DNA from: Octopus sinensis | Lineage: Eukaryota | Assembly: GCF_006345805.1 (NCBI RefSeq) | Contig: NC_043014.1 | Coordinates: 16,988,001 to 17,052,000, forward strand | Direction of reading: 5' to 3' | Length of the DNA stretch: 64,000 nt | Part shown: in pieces, positions 27,108 through 39,555 of the stretch | Position numbering within the stretch: the stretch's first letter is position 1 | Layout of the letters: each line of letters begins with the position of its first letter | Program-made: the position numbers and the translations under genes | Notes under the pieces: model-generated | The model's database searches: none | Seen by the model: the letters and a program-made list of their open reading frames with translations, nothing else | What the model was told of the DNA's origin: nothing

Positions 27108-28323
27108 TTAAACGAATATCATTTATCAAGGATAATCCTTTTAATATTACAAAACTCAGTTAGATCACCAGAGAAAATTTTAAATTCCAACAAGAAAATG
27201 TCATGAAAGCTGGTACTGGACCCTTTCCCAATACGATAATCTATGGTCGTTTCCCCACAACTCTTGCTGTACGTTGCTAGAACATTTCACTACCAGGAAA
27301 GCAATTGTCTAGGATTTCCTCCTTATTCAGACATTAATTTATATCTGTACAGAGCAGAGGTTCTCAAAGAAGGTAATCCCACCTCCAAGGAGGTGCAGTG
27401 AGGTAACATAATAAACATACTAAATTCTACCAATAGTAGTAATTATATTATACATAATAAACCTAGTAATGGTTATTAAAATAAAATGAGACCTCATCCG
27501 GTACAGGGAAGTCACTAACTTGTATAAAGTAAATTTATAACTTGTGTCTTTATCAATTTTTTGATCCTTTCACTGTTAAAAGCTTATACAATCCACTTTT
27601 AGAGTAAGATTATCATCTCTGTTCAGTTAAGTAAGTTGTGATACCTCAAACATCACTTAGATGAGAACTAGGCATAACAACTACTTAAAAAGGAGTGCTA
27701 AAAAAAAAGTTAAGAACCAGTGGTCTTGAAGGGTCTGCAAGAGAAAATGGGCACCAAGCGTTCTTTTCTGACTCAAGTAAATTAAAAAGAAAAGAAATAC
27801 CATTTTCATTATTTTCTCCTCTATCCTTTACACTGTGAAGTGGGGGGGGGGGTAAGGAATGCTTTTAGGTTGTTTCTTAATCTAAACAAAAAGTGAGCCA
27901 AGAGAAATAATTGAAGCCAGTAGCATGTATATGTACATTGTAGACAAATATGGGTATATCAAATACCATACAATATAAATTCTTGATTTATTAAAATTCT
28001 CTGCTTCTAGAGGATGTGCCACAATTACCAAATAGTAATTTAAGACCAGCACCATGTGAGAAGGGGAGATAATCTAAACTACCAAAACTCCTCCATTTAC
28101 TAGTATTAGACCTTAAGCATCCATCATTTGTGAAGACTGACTCAAGCCATAATTTCATAAATTATGACAAATGGAAATAAGCATCACATAAAACTGTGTA
28201 AATTACAGAAAAAAAAAAAAAAAAAAATCACAAGCATAAAGAATTCCTGACAGAATGTGTGTAATAGCCAGAGTTGATTACAGCCAAATATGAAGTGTAA
28301 ATTTTGAAAAATTCTAAACTCAC

Positions 28324-28440
28324 AGGTTTTGCTTGTTTCTAGGTCACTTTCATATAAGGTGTGTCGAATTCCATCGAGCTATCAGGGTGATAGTCTGGGT
28401 CATTATCTAAAACATCTAGAGTGTCAGGAACAAAAAAGGT
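28324..28440 (-). CDS. KIF4: KIF4-like exon (TFFVPDTLDVLDNDPDYHPDSSMEFDTPYMKVT*KQAKP) with in-frame TAG
   Basis: tttctttttag acceptor and strong GTGAGT donor, 117 nt, phase 0-0. TAG at 28341-28339. A weaker in-frame donor AAA|GTGACC after 28348 would skip the stop. Confidence 0.7.
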
Positions 28441-29360
28441 CTAAAAAGAAATAGATATACAAAAATAGTCAATAAATATGAAAATTTAAACTTTTATTAT
28501 CATTATTTGATATATACTTTCCAAATTTAGTCTTTGATAACGAATTTTTTTATTTAATTATCCATCCATAGATAAATACAGATGTAGCTGTGTGATTGAG
28601 AAGTTTGCTTCCCAACCAATTTTGGGTTCAACCATACCTTAGGCAAGTGTCTTATAGCCCCAGGCCAACCAAAGCCTTGTGAGTTTATCTCCTAAGACAT
28701 AAACATGAAGAAATATCAGTGTGTGCAAGTGCCTCTCTTAACATCACATGATTGTTAAAACATTCATTTCCAGTATTGTGCAAAAATATGCCTGGGCTTG
28801 GTGAAATATTAGCTTGCTTAGAAAAGGCAAAGGTTTGTGACAGGAAGGGCATCCGGTCATAGAAAAATCTACCACCATAATTCCAGTCCAATTCATGCAA
28901 CCAAGAGAAAGTGGATGATGACATCTAAATGCTGAAATTTTGTCATCAAAATATCATTTAAAATCTTTAAGCCCCAAAAGACTAAATGACATAGTAAAGT
29001 GGCATTAGTCACAGACACCAGTCTCCCTGGGACATAAAAAAATTAACTTCATTTCTAGTACAAAAACATTGCAAGGAGTCTATTTTTTAATATATCACAC
29101 AATTCAAATTGTAATTAATATCAGCTAAGTTGAAAAATAAGAAATATTTGAGGAAATATTTAACCTTAAGCATTTAAACTGGCCATATCCAGCAAAAATA
29201 TTCTACCTGTTCTAAGTTAAAACTGACCAGATTCAACCTCTCACACATACCTACAATGTCATTCTAAAAATATACAAACACCATTGAAATCTTGAAGCCA
29301 TGAAATAATGCATGATTAATTCCAAAACAATGTGAAGAAAGAAGCAATAAATTGGACAAA

Positions 29361-29589
29361 GGCGGCGAGCTGGCAGAAACGTTAGCACACCGGGCGAAAA
29401 GCTTAGCGGTATTGCGTCTGTTGTTGCGTTCTGAGTTCAAATTCCGCCGAGGTCGACTTTGCCTTTCATCCTTTCGGGGTCGATAAATTAAGTACCAGTT
29501 ACGCACTGGGGTCGATGTAATCGACTTAATCCGTTTGTCTGTCCTTGTTTGTCCCCTCTATGTTTAGCCCCTTGTGGGCAATAAAGAAA
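29361..29589 (+). mobile_element. SINE family B (Meta-domain-like core)
   Basis: ggcggcgagctggcagaaacgttagc head and gaggtcgactttgcctttcatcctttcggggtcgataaattaagtaccag core. Further copy at 58700-58909. Confidence 0.85.
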
Positions 29590-29664
29590 CAAATAAATTG
29601 GACAAAGAAATTTGAAAGCTAAACGGTTAAAAGAGAAACAGAAAAAAGAAAAATAACTACTAAC

Positions 29665-29748
29665 ATTATGTGCTCCGCGTACACCGTTTGGCACTGGGCT
29701 CTCTTCTTCCTCTGACCCATTTTGCAGTTGTTTTAGTAAAAACGATAT
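29665..29748 (-). CDS. KIF4: KIF4-like exon (ISFLLKQLQNGSEEEESPVPNGVRGAHN)
   Basis: 84 nt, phase 0-0, GTTAGT donor. ISFLLKQLQ matches KIF4A VLYLLSQLQ. Confidence 0.8.
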
Positions 29749-30561
29749 CTGTAATTTAAACAAATTCAAACTTACCATTTGTTAAAAACTGCCACAGACA
29801 ACATCTACATCTGTCCTCTCTATACCTCAAATCTTTCAACTAGCACAAAGCCATACCATCTTAAATGCCACTCTCCCTATCCCAGTTGAGGAGTTCTTGG
29901 CTTGCAGGGTACTAGGTAGTCATGTCAGAGCTTGTACCACATAAAAAGCACCCTGTACACTCTGTAAAGAGTTAGGAAGGATATCCAAACAATGAAAGCG
30001 AGCATGGGTTGGATGGTTTGACAGGAGCTGGCAAGACCAAGGGCAACACTTGGTTCCATATTCTGTTTTGGTATGGTTTCATCATCATCATCATCGTTTA
30101 ACATCTGGAAAACGGACGTTAAACGATGATGATGATGATGAAACCATACCAAAACAGAATATGGAACCAAGTGTTGCCCTTGGTCTTGCCAGCTCTTGTC
30201 AAACCATCCAACCCATGCCAGCACGGAAAATGGATATTAACTGATGATAATGATCAAATACAGGTATGGCCATGTGGTTACAAAGCTCATTTTACCAACC
30301 ATATGGTTTCAGGTTCAGTACCACTGCACAACACCTCAGTCAAGTGCCTTCTGCTACAGCCCCAGACTGAACGATGCTCTGGGAGTCAGAAATTGCTAAG
30401 AAGCCTATCATGTGTGCTCACCCACACTGCTTGACACAATCAGTGTTTGTTTCCCCCATACTGTGATACACACCAGATTCTAAGTGGGTAGATTGACCTG
30501 TTAAAAATAACAGCCACATGTCCCAAAAGAAAAGACTCATTGAGTTATGTAGTCCTACATA

Positions 30562-30739
30562 CAAAATGATAAGGTTCAGAAACGGTGTTATAGATTACGC
30601 CTAATCGAAAACGATCACAGCCACATCATCCAAACAGACCATACGAGCTTAGCTGCTCGTATATATATATATATATATATATATAATCGTTTTCGATTAG
30701 GCATAATCTATAACAGCATTTCTCAACCTTATCATTTTG
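30562..30739. mobile_element. MITE-like element with about 54-bp inverted arms
   Basis: caaaatgataaggttcagaaacggtgttatagattacgcctaatcgaaaacgat and its near-perfect inverse. Confidence 0.75.
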
Positions 30740-31606
30740 GGTCCCCTGCTATATGAACATTTCCTGACCCCACCCTGTCAGAAAACAGCTTCTAAATAAC
30801 TGGTTGTTTTTATGGCGAAAGAAAGAGGGGGAATTCCATTAGAAAAGTTTTAATCAATTTTCTCAGTAAGTATGGGGACTAGGAAAAAAATACAAACTGC
30901 ATTCCAATCTATGCACCTGTCCCCACATGTGAGCCATTTTTCACGCGAATCCACCAAGCCGTTTGGCTGTGAACCTCAAGACAAGAAAGAATACAACGAT
31001 TGCCCATGTCCAATTTATATTATAGATAACATGGCTGTGTGGTTAAGAAGTACACTTCTCAAACACGTGATTTTAAGTTCAGTCCCATTGGGTGGCACCA
31101 TGGGCAAGCATCATCTGGACCATCCAATGCCTTGTAAGTGGCCTAGATACACAGAAGCTGAAACGTGTGTTAGAATGTATGCCTGTACAAACATGTATGC
31201 TCGTATCTCCTTGACTTGATATTGCATGTTAATCATAAATGCTTGTTGTTGTTTCACATAGCAGCATGTTTCATTTCCAATATTCTGCAAGAACATGATT
31301 GGCCATGGATAGATATAATACCTTATTTGAAAACAGGTGAGAGTTGGCAACACCAAAGGGCGTCTGGCTGTAGAAAATCTGCCTAAACTAAACTTCGTCC
31401 AACTCATAAGAACGAAAAAGTGAACAATAAAACAATGATGATGATGACGATGATGTAATAACAATGAGTTTAAGTTTGTGCTTTTTCTTTTTTAATTTAT
31501 CTAGTTTCAGCTCATGAGCTGTGGCCATGCTGGGGCACCAACATTTGTGCACACATACATATGTAAGTACTTACATGTGTTTTCGGATTAATAATTTAAA
31601 AGTTAC

Positions 31607-31777
31607 CTTGCTTTCATATTTCTGCTGCAAGTCCACAAGATTTGATTCATACTGATTTTGTAATGATTTCACTTTCATTTCACTTGAGTCTTTCTCTTTG
31701 ATGGCTTCCACATAATTATTTTTAAGATCTTTTACAGTAGACTTGTCATTATTGTGGTCAATCCGTTCTTTGATACT
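31607..31777 (-). CDS. KIF4: KIF4-like coiled-coil exon (SIKERIDH...LQNQYESNLVDLQQKYESK)
   Basis: AG/GTAACT bounded, 171 nt, phase 0-0, heptad-like. End aligns to KIF4A LVRMEQQHQEK. Confidence 0.85.
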
Positions 31778-32046
31778 CTGCATGAAAGAGATTTAATTAA
31801 TGTGACTGCATGAGAATATGAAAAATTACAAGACATTAATTCACCTGCAAGTGACATTGCAATAAATAAATAAATAAATAAAAAACCAACAGTCGAGTGG
31901 ACTGTGTTAAAATCTGTCTTAAAGGAACTGAAAACTTGAAGTTAGATGGAAAATTATTGCCATTCTAGCTATATATAAATATTTACTTCAATAAGAAGCA
32001 TGTTTTGTAGAGAACTACTAAATTGTGAGTGAATATATATATATAG

Positions 32047-32140
32047 AGATAAATAAATAAATGGAGTTAAATGCAGATGTTATTAAAATCATTAAAGATT
32101 TCAATAACACCTGCATTTAACTCCATTTATTTATTTATCT
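32047..32140. repeat. Nearly fully paired hairpin of about 95 nt
   Basis: gataaataaataaatggagttaaatgcag / ctgcatttaactccatttatttatttatc, plus inner tgttatt/aataaca and aaatc/gattt pairs. Confidence 0.85.
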
Positions 32141-32814
32141 ATGTTATATAAAAACATTTCACCAAAACCTGGAGTTTCTACCTTTATAAGTAGGCTGTTA
32201 TATCCTTGGTACTTGTGTGAATTTTTGCTACCCTGGTAACTGTTTATTTATTTTTCCCATGTTATTTGTAAACAGTGAAAAAATACACATACATTTATTT
32301 ATATATATGGCATGTTAAGCACACCATTCAAGTGTGATCATTACCGCGTCGCCTTACTAGCACTTGTGCTGGTGGCATGTGAAATATTTGAGCGAGGTCG
32401 TCGCCACTACCGCTGGACTGGTTCCTGTGCAGGTGGCACGTAAAAAGCACCATTTGGGTGTGGCCATTGCCAGTACCACCAAACTGGCCCTCATGCCGGT
32501 GACACGTAAAAGCACCCACTACACTCTCAGAGTGTTGATGATGATGATATATATCCCCTTTTAACTTTTTAGCATTTACATTGGCTACATCCAGCTCAAA
32601 TATTCCACCTATTTTATGTGGAGGATCAGATCCAACTCATATAGCCTGCTTATTTTATGCTCAGATCTGGCATATCACACCAACCTTACAGTGCCATTTC
32701 CAACACCAAACAAATACATGATTGATTTAACACAATGTGGATAAATAAGCGTCACATTGGACAGAATAATCTGAAATCTTAACGGTTGAGATAAGAAAAA
32801 TATAAAAATCTTAT

Positions 32815-32891
32815 CTTCTCAATTAAAAAGTTCAAAAGAACTTTAGAATCGTTGATGCTACGGATTGTTTCAACACATCCTTTGAATTTAT
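32815..32891 (-). CDS. KIF4: KIF4-like exon (DKFKGCVETIRSINDSKVLLNFLIEK), non-canonical AT donor
   Basis: ttcttttag acceptor, 77 nt, phase 1-0. Aligns to KIF4A ENIATILEAKCALKYLIGE. Ends AAG|ATAAGA instead of GTAAGA. Confidence 0.75.
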
Positions 32892-33038
32892 CTAAAAGAA
32901 AGAATTTGTCAAGATTTTAGAGAAAAGGTAAAATATTAATGTCTGCAATAAATATATGTAAGAAAAATTAAATTTATAGAAAGAAAAAATTATGACTGGA
33001 ATAACAAAAAAATAAAAGAAATCAGAATTAATTCTTAC

Positions 33039-33088
33039 CATTTTCTGCCTCTTGGATTTCTGATTGAAGAGTGGCAATTTGAACATTT
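33039..33088 (-). CDS. KIF4: KIF4-like exon (R-NVQIATLQSEIQEAEN-D)
   Basis: 50 nt, phase 2-1, GTAAGA donor. Matches KIF4A RSAQIADLQQKLLDAES. Confidence 0.88.
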
Positions 33089-33645
33089 CTATAATATATG
33101 CGAAATAGTATTGAAAATAGCAATAAGTTTAAGAATATAAAGGAATTTAGATTCATATTACATATCCACAGAATTATGTATAAGCAGGCATGGCTGTGTG
33201 GTAAGAAACTTGCTTCCAAACCACATGGTTCCAAGTTCAGACCCACTGTGTGGCACCATGGGCAAGTGTCTTATACTATAGCCTTAGGCCAACCAAAGCC
33301 TTGTGAATGGATTTGGTAGACGGAAACTGAAAGAAGCCCGTCGTATATATATATATGTATATCTACATGCATGTTTTGTCTCCTCACCCCACTCCACAAC
33401 TGGTGTTTGTGTTTACACCTTTGTAACTTAGCAGTTCAGCCAAAGAGACCAATAGAATAAGTACCAGGTTTTAAAAACAAAAAAGTACTGGGGTTGATAC
33501 AGTTCAATGTGGTGCCCCAGCAACAAGATTTTTTAAAAAGGCATCAATTTCTGACAGAATATTGGAGAATGACACTGCTTATTTTGACGGTAGCCCTCAT
33601 TCACAACTACCAAACAATGTCAAATCAAGGACACACAAACACAAT

Positions 33646-34746
33646 GGTGCATTCCAGAAGTTTTGAGATTTTTTCAGGAGCGACAATTGTAACTATATTG
33701 CATTATTGAATTTCTGTATATCATTATGATACATCTAATAAGCTGACCTGCCACCAACTTTTTTTTTTTTATTATTATTCCAGATTGAAGGAGATGGCTG
33801 TAGCAGTATTTTGAACACACCCTACAAAACACTGCTGACTGGTTTGCAGAATACAGTTGAGACATGACCATTTGGAAGCTTACCATGCTTTGTGTTAAAA
33901 CTAGGCAAAAATGCTACAGAAAATTATGAAATGCTCCAGACTGGTCATGGATTAACATGTGTGAACTGAGCATTTGCTTTTTGCTGGCACAAGTGCATCA
34001 AAGCTCTTTAAGGTGAGGAACAATGACAAGAAGCATATAGTTTGGAATTGGTGTAGCAAGTGAACACAGGACTATTCATGAAGATCTGAACGCGAGTAAA
34101 ATTTGTGCAAAGCTTGTTCTTGAGGTGCACACTGATGAACAGAAGGAATAAAGCATTGGTGACAGCAGGGAGATGGTTGAGCTCATTACCTCCAAACGAA
34201 GAGCACTTGAGTCTCAGGTGAGCTGTGACGAAATCTGGATCTACTGCTATGATCCAGCGACCAAGAGGCACAGTGCCCAATGGAAGGCCAGAGAAAGCAA
34301 GTCCACCAGGAAGCTTGTTATGATCCCTGCTTTTCAAAAGCAACAGCATCATCTACATCCACTAGGTTTCCTCAACAAAAAGTGCCTTGTGGTGGTTTGG
34401 CGGGATTTAGGAAGAGATTTTGTTGCAAAATGCCAGAGCACTTTCCATCAGGACAATGCACCAGTCCATAATTCTATCCTGGCAGAGATGGACATCAAAA
34501 CTGTCCCTCGCTCTCCGTGCAACCCAGACCTTGCTCCCTGTGACTTTTGGTTGTTCCCCAAACTGGAGGAAGCTGCAACAAGGGTCCTGACATCTTCACC
34601 CTGAAGTCCTACACAAAGAGGCTGGAGAGTTGCAAGAGCATTGAAGGGAGATGATACTACTTTGAAGGAGAATAGTGTTTTGTATTTCTTTGAAATTAAT
34701 AAGTGTCCCTCCTGAAAAAGTCTCAAAAATTCTGGAATGCACCTCG
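33646..34746 (+). mobile_element. Degenerate mariner in a KIF4-like intron
   Basis: TIR ggtgcattccagaagttttgagattttttcagga and its inverse ending cctcg|ta. CDEIWIYCYDP, FHQDNAPVH, PCNPDLAPCDFWLFPKL. Confidence 0.9.
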
Positions 34747-34861
34747 TAGTTAGTTTACTAAATTCTTCATCGGTTTTGAAAACAAAATGGAATGAAAACA
34801 ATACATTTTAACAGAAATATAGTAACATTAGCATTCAGAAAATTAACATACAAACACAAAC

Positions 34862-34944
34862 CTGTCATTAATTTCATCAGTTAACTTTATGATACTAATG
34901 TTCACCTCCTTTGGACTGCCATCACCATCAGTTGTTATACGTTT
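34862..34944 (-). CDS. KIF4: KIF4-like exon (KRITTDGDGSPKEVNISIIKLTDEIND-R)
   Basis: ttttcag acceptor, GTTTGT donor, 83 nt, phase 0-2. Joins flanking exons in frame. Confidence 0.8.
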
Positions 34945-36442
34945 CTGAAAATGGAATTCATTAAAATTTTTTTTTTAATTTTTACATAAGGTGCAGCTTG
35001 GCTGTGTGGTAAGAAGTTTAATTCCCAACTACAGGATTTGGAGTTCAGTGCCACTGCGTGCCATCTTATGCAAGTTTCATCTATAGCCATGAACTGATGC
35101 ATTGAGTGAATTTGGCAGATGCAGACTGAATAACCCCCATCATATTAGCGTGTGTGTGCATCTTTGTATTTGTCTCACCACTACTACTTGACAACCAGTA
35201 CTGGTTTGTTTACATCCCCATAACTTAGCAGTTCGACCTAAGTGACTGACAGAATAACAGGCTTAAAAAAAAAAAAAAAAGCACTGGGATTACTTCATTC
35301 AACTTAAACCCTTTGAAACAGTGCCCAAGCATGGCCGCATCCCAGAGTGTGAAACAAGTAAAAGAATAAAAGAAAGAATCACTGAGACAAGTGGAGAAGT
35401 TTAAGTATCTCAAGAATACAGGGAAACATGAAGCTGAATGGGATGCTAGAATTGCAGGTGTTGGCACAATAATGTGCCAGTTCCAGTGTCTGATCCTCCG
35501 AAGGGAAGAAACTGGTTAAAAGAATACAAAGTAGCCAAACTCACTACTTTCATTTTGGTTTCCATGCCTAACCTCCCCTATGGTCATGAATGCCAGGTAA
35601 TGACCAAAAAGAGTAGAATTGTGAATGCAATTAGCTGAAATGGGATTCTTCCAAACATTACTCTTCAGAGTAAAGTTACTTGACAAGATGCATAACTCAA
35701 GGGTTCAGGGAGTCTCTCCCTCCTTCCCTCCAGGCTGAGCTGTTGCTTCTCTACATTGGGAGGTCACAGCTCTGGCACCATGGACATCATCATCGTTTAA
35801 TGTCTGCTTTCCATGCTGGCATAGGTTGGACGGTTTGACTGGTGACTGGCAAGCCAAGAGGCTGCACCAGGCTCCAATCTGATCTGGCAAAGTTTCTACA
35901 GCTGGATGCCTTTCCTAACACCAACCACTCCATGAGTGTAGTGGGTGCTTTTTACGTGCCACCAGCATGGGAGCCAGTCAGGTGGCACTGGCAATGGCCA
36001 CGCTCAAATGGTGCTTCTAACATGTCACCAGCACGAAGTGAATGTTACAAGAAAGAATCCCAAGATGGATTCTTCAAGCCATGCCAATTGGCAGGGGACC
36101 TATGGGTAGACCAAAGAATGAGTTGGTTGAATAGCATCCAATGCCAGTTCATCATATTTGGTAATCCTGCTGAAGCATGTTATTTTGGTTACTTCTGATA
36201 GGACCCTATGGAAGGGATGCCTGAGGACTCTACCTCCAAGATTCTTCTAGAAATAGCAAGTGGAGAAGATGAATGAATGATTGTTCTACATATTTTAGCA
36301 ACACTAACAACTTTTCATGAAATGCTAGATGGGATCACTTCATTTAAATTTCTCATTCTCTTCCATACAGATCTTTATACCTTAAATTCCTTAATATAAA
36401 TTTTAAACTTTATAAGTAAAATTATAAACAAAAAACACCAAC

Positions 36443-36577
36443 CTTTGTAGGTGGATCTGAATTTTTCAAGCGCCTCAACTCCAAAGACAAAGTTTTTCGG
36501 TCTTCAACCAAATTCTTTAAGTGGTATTTTGCTTCCTGGACTCGAACTTTCACTTCCAATTCTTGTTCCAATAGTGT
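36443..36577 (-). CDS. KIF4: KIF4-like exon (TLLEQELEVKVRVQEAKYHLKNLVEDRKTLSLELRRLKNSDPPTK)
   Basis: AG/GT bounded, 135 nt, phase 0-0. Matches KIF4A [25 protein letters not shown]. Confidence 0.9.
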
Positions 36578-37709
36578 CTAACATTATATAAACATGATTA
36601 TATGTATTACTTTCTTGTCAAAAACATTTATGCATAGACATCATCATAAAGGAAATGATCCTGAGGTAACTCCTGATTTATAATGCTTTTTATTGGTTTA
36701 TATATTTAGTTATCATTGAAACAATTACAAAAAAAAATAGCTTTTACAATTCTAAGTAGTTACACCCAAACTTAGTAACGATTGTAAGAAGTTACACTTT
36801 GTTTTGTCAATATAATCAAATTCTCTACTAGATGTGTGTGTGTATGTAAAGAAGAAAAGTGTATGTTGGTAGAAAACTTCACTATAGGTGGAAACTATTG
36901 GTATTAAACAAGAACATGGGTGTTTAATAACCCTTAAATTCTTAACATTTTTCTCTGTCATGTTTGATACAATAATCATGTAAAGCCTTTAGTAATACAA
37001 ACATTTTATCTTTTTTTCTTGTTTTTGTTACTCAATCGTATAGATAAAAACACATCAGAGATTGGAAAAAGACATTTCTTAAAGTATACATAAAAGAAGA
37101 GATTATATATGCAATCATAGAGGAACAAAGATAATAATGATCATCCTACAAGTTATACATTAAAAAATGAAACAAGAAACAAAAAAAAATTATAACTGGA
37201 TATTAAATAGTTAATCCTTAAGCATTTAAATGAGCCAGATTGAATATTTTACCTGTTTTATTGTCAAACTGGCCAGATCTATCCTCTCACACCCACCCTA
37301 CAATGTCATTCTAAATATAAACAATTGCATCACTGAAATCTCAAGGCTACGAGATAACACATGACTAATTCAAAACAATGTCAATAAATAAGTATTAAAT
37401 TTGACAGAGTAATCTAAATGCGAAAAGGCTTTTTGTTGTATTCTTATACTCAAATTTAGCCACACCCACTTTAACTGCTAGAACAAGCGACAAAATCACC
37501 AACAAATCACAAATATCGATAGGTTAAAAAAAAAAAAAAACTCCAAATGATATGGTTCACAGTTAGAATTCCTTTCATCATCCATTTATTCAATCAAGGT
37601 TGACTCGGGGTTAAATATCAAAGTTCCTTTCACAATCAGGAGAGGAACTAAATTACTGAAATTCCTTTTACATTCATACAAAATTCAACAAAAACAAAAC
37701 CCATCATGC

Positions 37710-37826
37710 CTTTAATTTTGTTGCATTTGCACTAGCGTCATATCTTTCAAAATTATTGTTGCGATCATTCCTGACAAGAGCTTGCTTCTTTAATGCCTCT
37801 TTTAATCTTTTGTTTGCAACTGCAGC
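37710..37826 (-). CDS. KIF4: KIF4-like exon (AAVANKRLKEALKKQ...ATKLK), GC-AG donor
   Basis: 117 nt, phase 0-0. Matches KIF4A AAAANKRLKDALQKQ. Ends AAG|GCATGA, and read-through hits TGA at once. Confidence 0.88.
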
Positions 37827-38355
37827 CTACATAGGAAAAGTATTTTACAAAATAAGAATTGTATCATCTTATCTTGTCTTGGTCGTGTGCTAAGAAGTCT
37901 GGTTTCCTACCACATGGTCTTGGGTTCTGTGTGGCACTTTGGGCAAGTGTCTTCTATTATAACGCCAGGTAACCAAAGCCTTGTGAGCAGATCTTGTAGG
38001 TGGAGACTGAAAGAAGCCCACATTGTGTGTGTGTGTGTGTGTTATCTTCAACCACTGCTTCAAAACTGGTATTGGTTTGTTCATGCCTCCACAATTTAGC
38101 ACCTTAGCTAGTCTAATGGAGAAGTACCAGACTTTAAAAATAAGTCGGTGAGGGGGTGTAAATTAGTTTAACTAAAAGCTTTCAATGCAGTGCCTCAGCA
38201 TGGCTACAGTCCAATGACTGAAATAAGTAAAAAAACTTTTTAAAAGTACAATTCTTTTTTTGTAAAATACTATTCATATGTTAATCTCATAGTCGTGCAC
38301 ATTAGAACGAAAAAACAAAAAATGAAGGAAAATTTATGAAGAATAAGTCAGAAAC

Positions 38356-38439
38356 CTCTTCAGATTTCCTTTTAAGTATGGCCTGCTGCTTTTCTTGAGC
38401 TCTTTGTAGCTTTTGGATTTCAAATTGTCTTTTTCGGTC
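38356..38439 (-). CDS. KIF4: KIF4-like exon (DRKRQFEIQKLQRAQEKQQAILKRKSEE)
   Basis: AG/GT bounded, 84 nt, phase 0-0. Strong match to KIF4A [28 protein letters not shown]. Confidence 0.92.
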
Positions 38440-38615
38440 CTATATAAATAGAAGAAAAAATAGTATAGATTTTTTTAAAATAATTAAAAATATTAAATAC
38501 ATTAAATAATATTAAACAAATACGGATCTAAAATTTCCAAGTTACATGCAATAAGCTGTATTATTCACACAATAGAAAAAGAACAAAAATAAGAAGAGTA
38601 AAAAAAAAATCTTAC

Positions 38616-38726
38616 ATTCTGTAGAAGCTTGTTAACTTCCACATCTTTTTTCATTTTCCAACTACGGTAAACGCCAGCTTCTTTCTTCATTTTCTTTATG
38701 AGATTAACTCGGTTGGTTTTCAGGAT
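38616..38726 (-). CDS. KIF4: KIF4-like chromokinesin, most 5' exon found (ILKTNRVNLIKKMKKEAGVYRSWKMKKDVEVNKLLQN)
   Basis: AG acceptor (tttcttag) and GTAAGA donor, 111 nt, phase 0-0. Resembles the KIF4A stalk as I recall it ([30 protein letters not shown]). Confidence 0.85.
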
Positions 38727-38859
38727 CTAAGAAATAGAACCACAAAACTATAATGGGGGGGACATTTATTATTACTTGTGAGAATTTCTTATTTGTAAGC
38801 ATATGGCAATCTTGTAGGTAAGTAATGGTATGTATCTGTCATTTCCAACAATAGAAAAG

Positions 38860-39555
38860 ACAAGATGTGTAAAGCAGATTGTATGATGCCTGTGTACATA
38901 CAGCTATGTTACATGGCAGTGACACATGGGCTTTGACTACAGAGGACTTGTGAAGGATTGAAAGAAATGAATCTAGCATGCTCCACTGGATGGGTAATGT
39001 CAGTGTGCACACACACAACAGAGTGTAAATGATTTAAGAGGAAAACTGGGTATGAGAGGCATCAGATGTGGTGGGCAAGAGAGAAGACTGTGCTGGTTTA
39101 GTCATGTGATGTGTGTGGATGAGGACAGCTACGTAAAGAAGTACTGAGTTCTAAGTGTGGAGGGTACTTGTTGAAGGGGTAGAACCAAGAAGATGTGGAG
39201 AGAAGTAGTGAGAAAGGATCTTTGGATGCTAGGCCTCATTGTGGAAATGAAAAGGGACCAAGCGATGTGGGGATTTGCTGTACCTGGATAAGACATGTCA
39301 AGCTAAGTAAAATTGCTGTTTCCCACACAGGCTTTCAGTCGTGCCAGTTCTATGTTGCAACACCCATGCCAATGGCACATAAAAAGCATCCAACTCACTC
39401 TACAAAGTGGTTGGCATTAGGAAGGACAGCATCCAGCTGTAGAAACCTTGCCACAATAGACTGTTGAAGTTTGGACAGCTCTCTGCTATCCAGCTCCATG
39501 TCAAACCATGAAACCCATGCCAGCACAGAGAGTGGACATTAAACGATGATGATGA
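38860..39555 (+). mobile_element. Old RTE 3' fragment
   Basis: LYDACVHTAMLHGSDTW-like sequence and decayed 3' UTR. Confidence 0.8.

Noticed and set aside
27355-27722. Possible hAT MITE (cagaggttctcaa ... ttaagaaccagtg)
   Set aside because: The TIR match is imperfect and the flanking 8-mers do not form a TSD.
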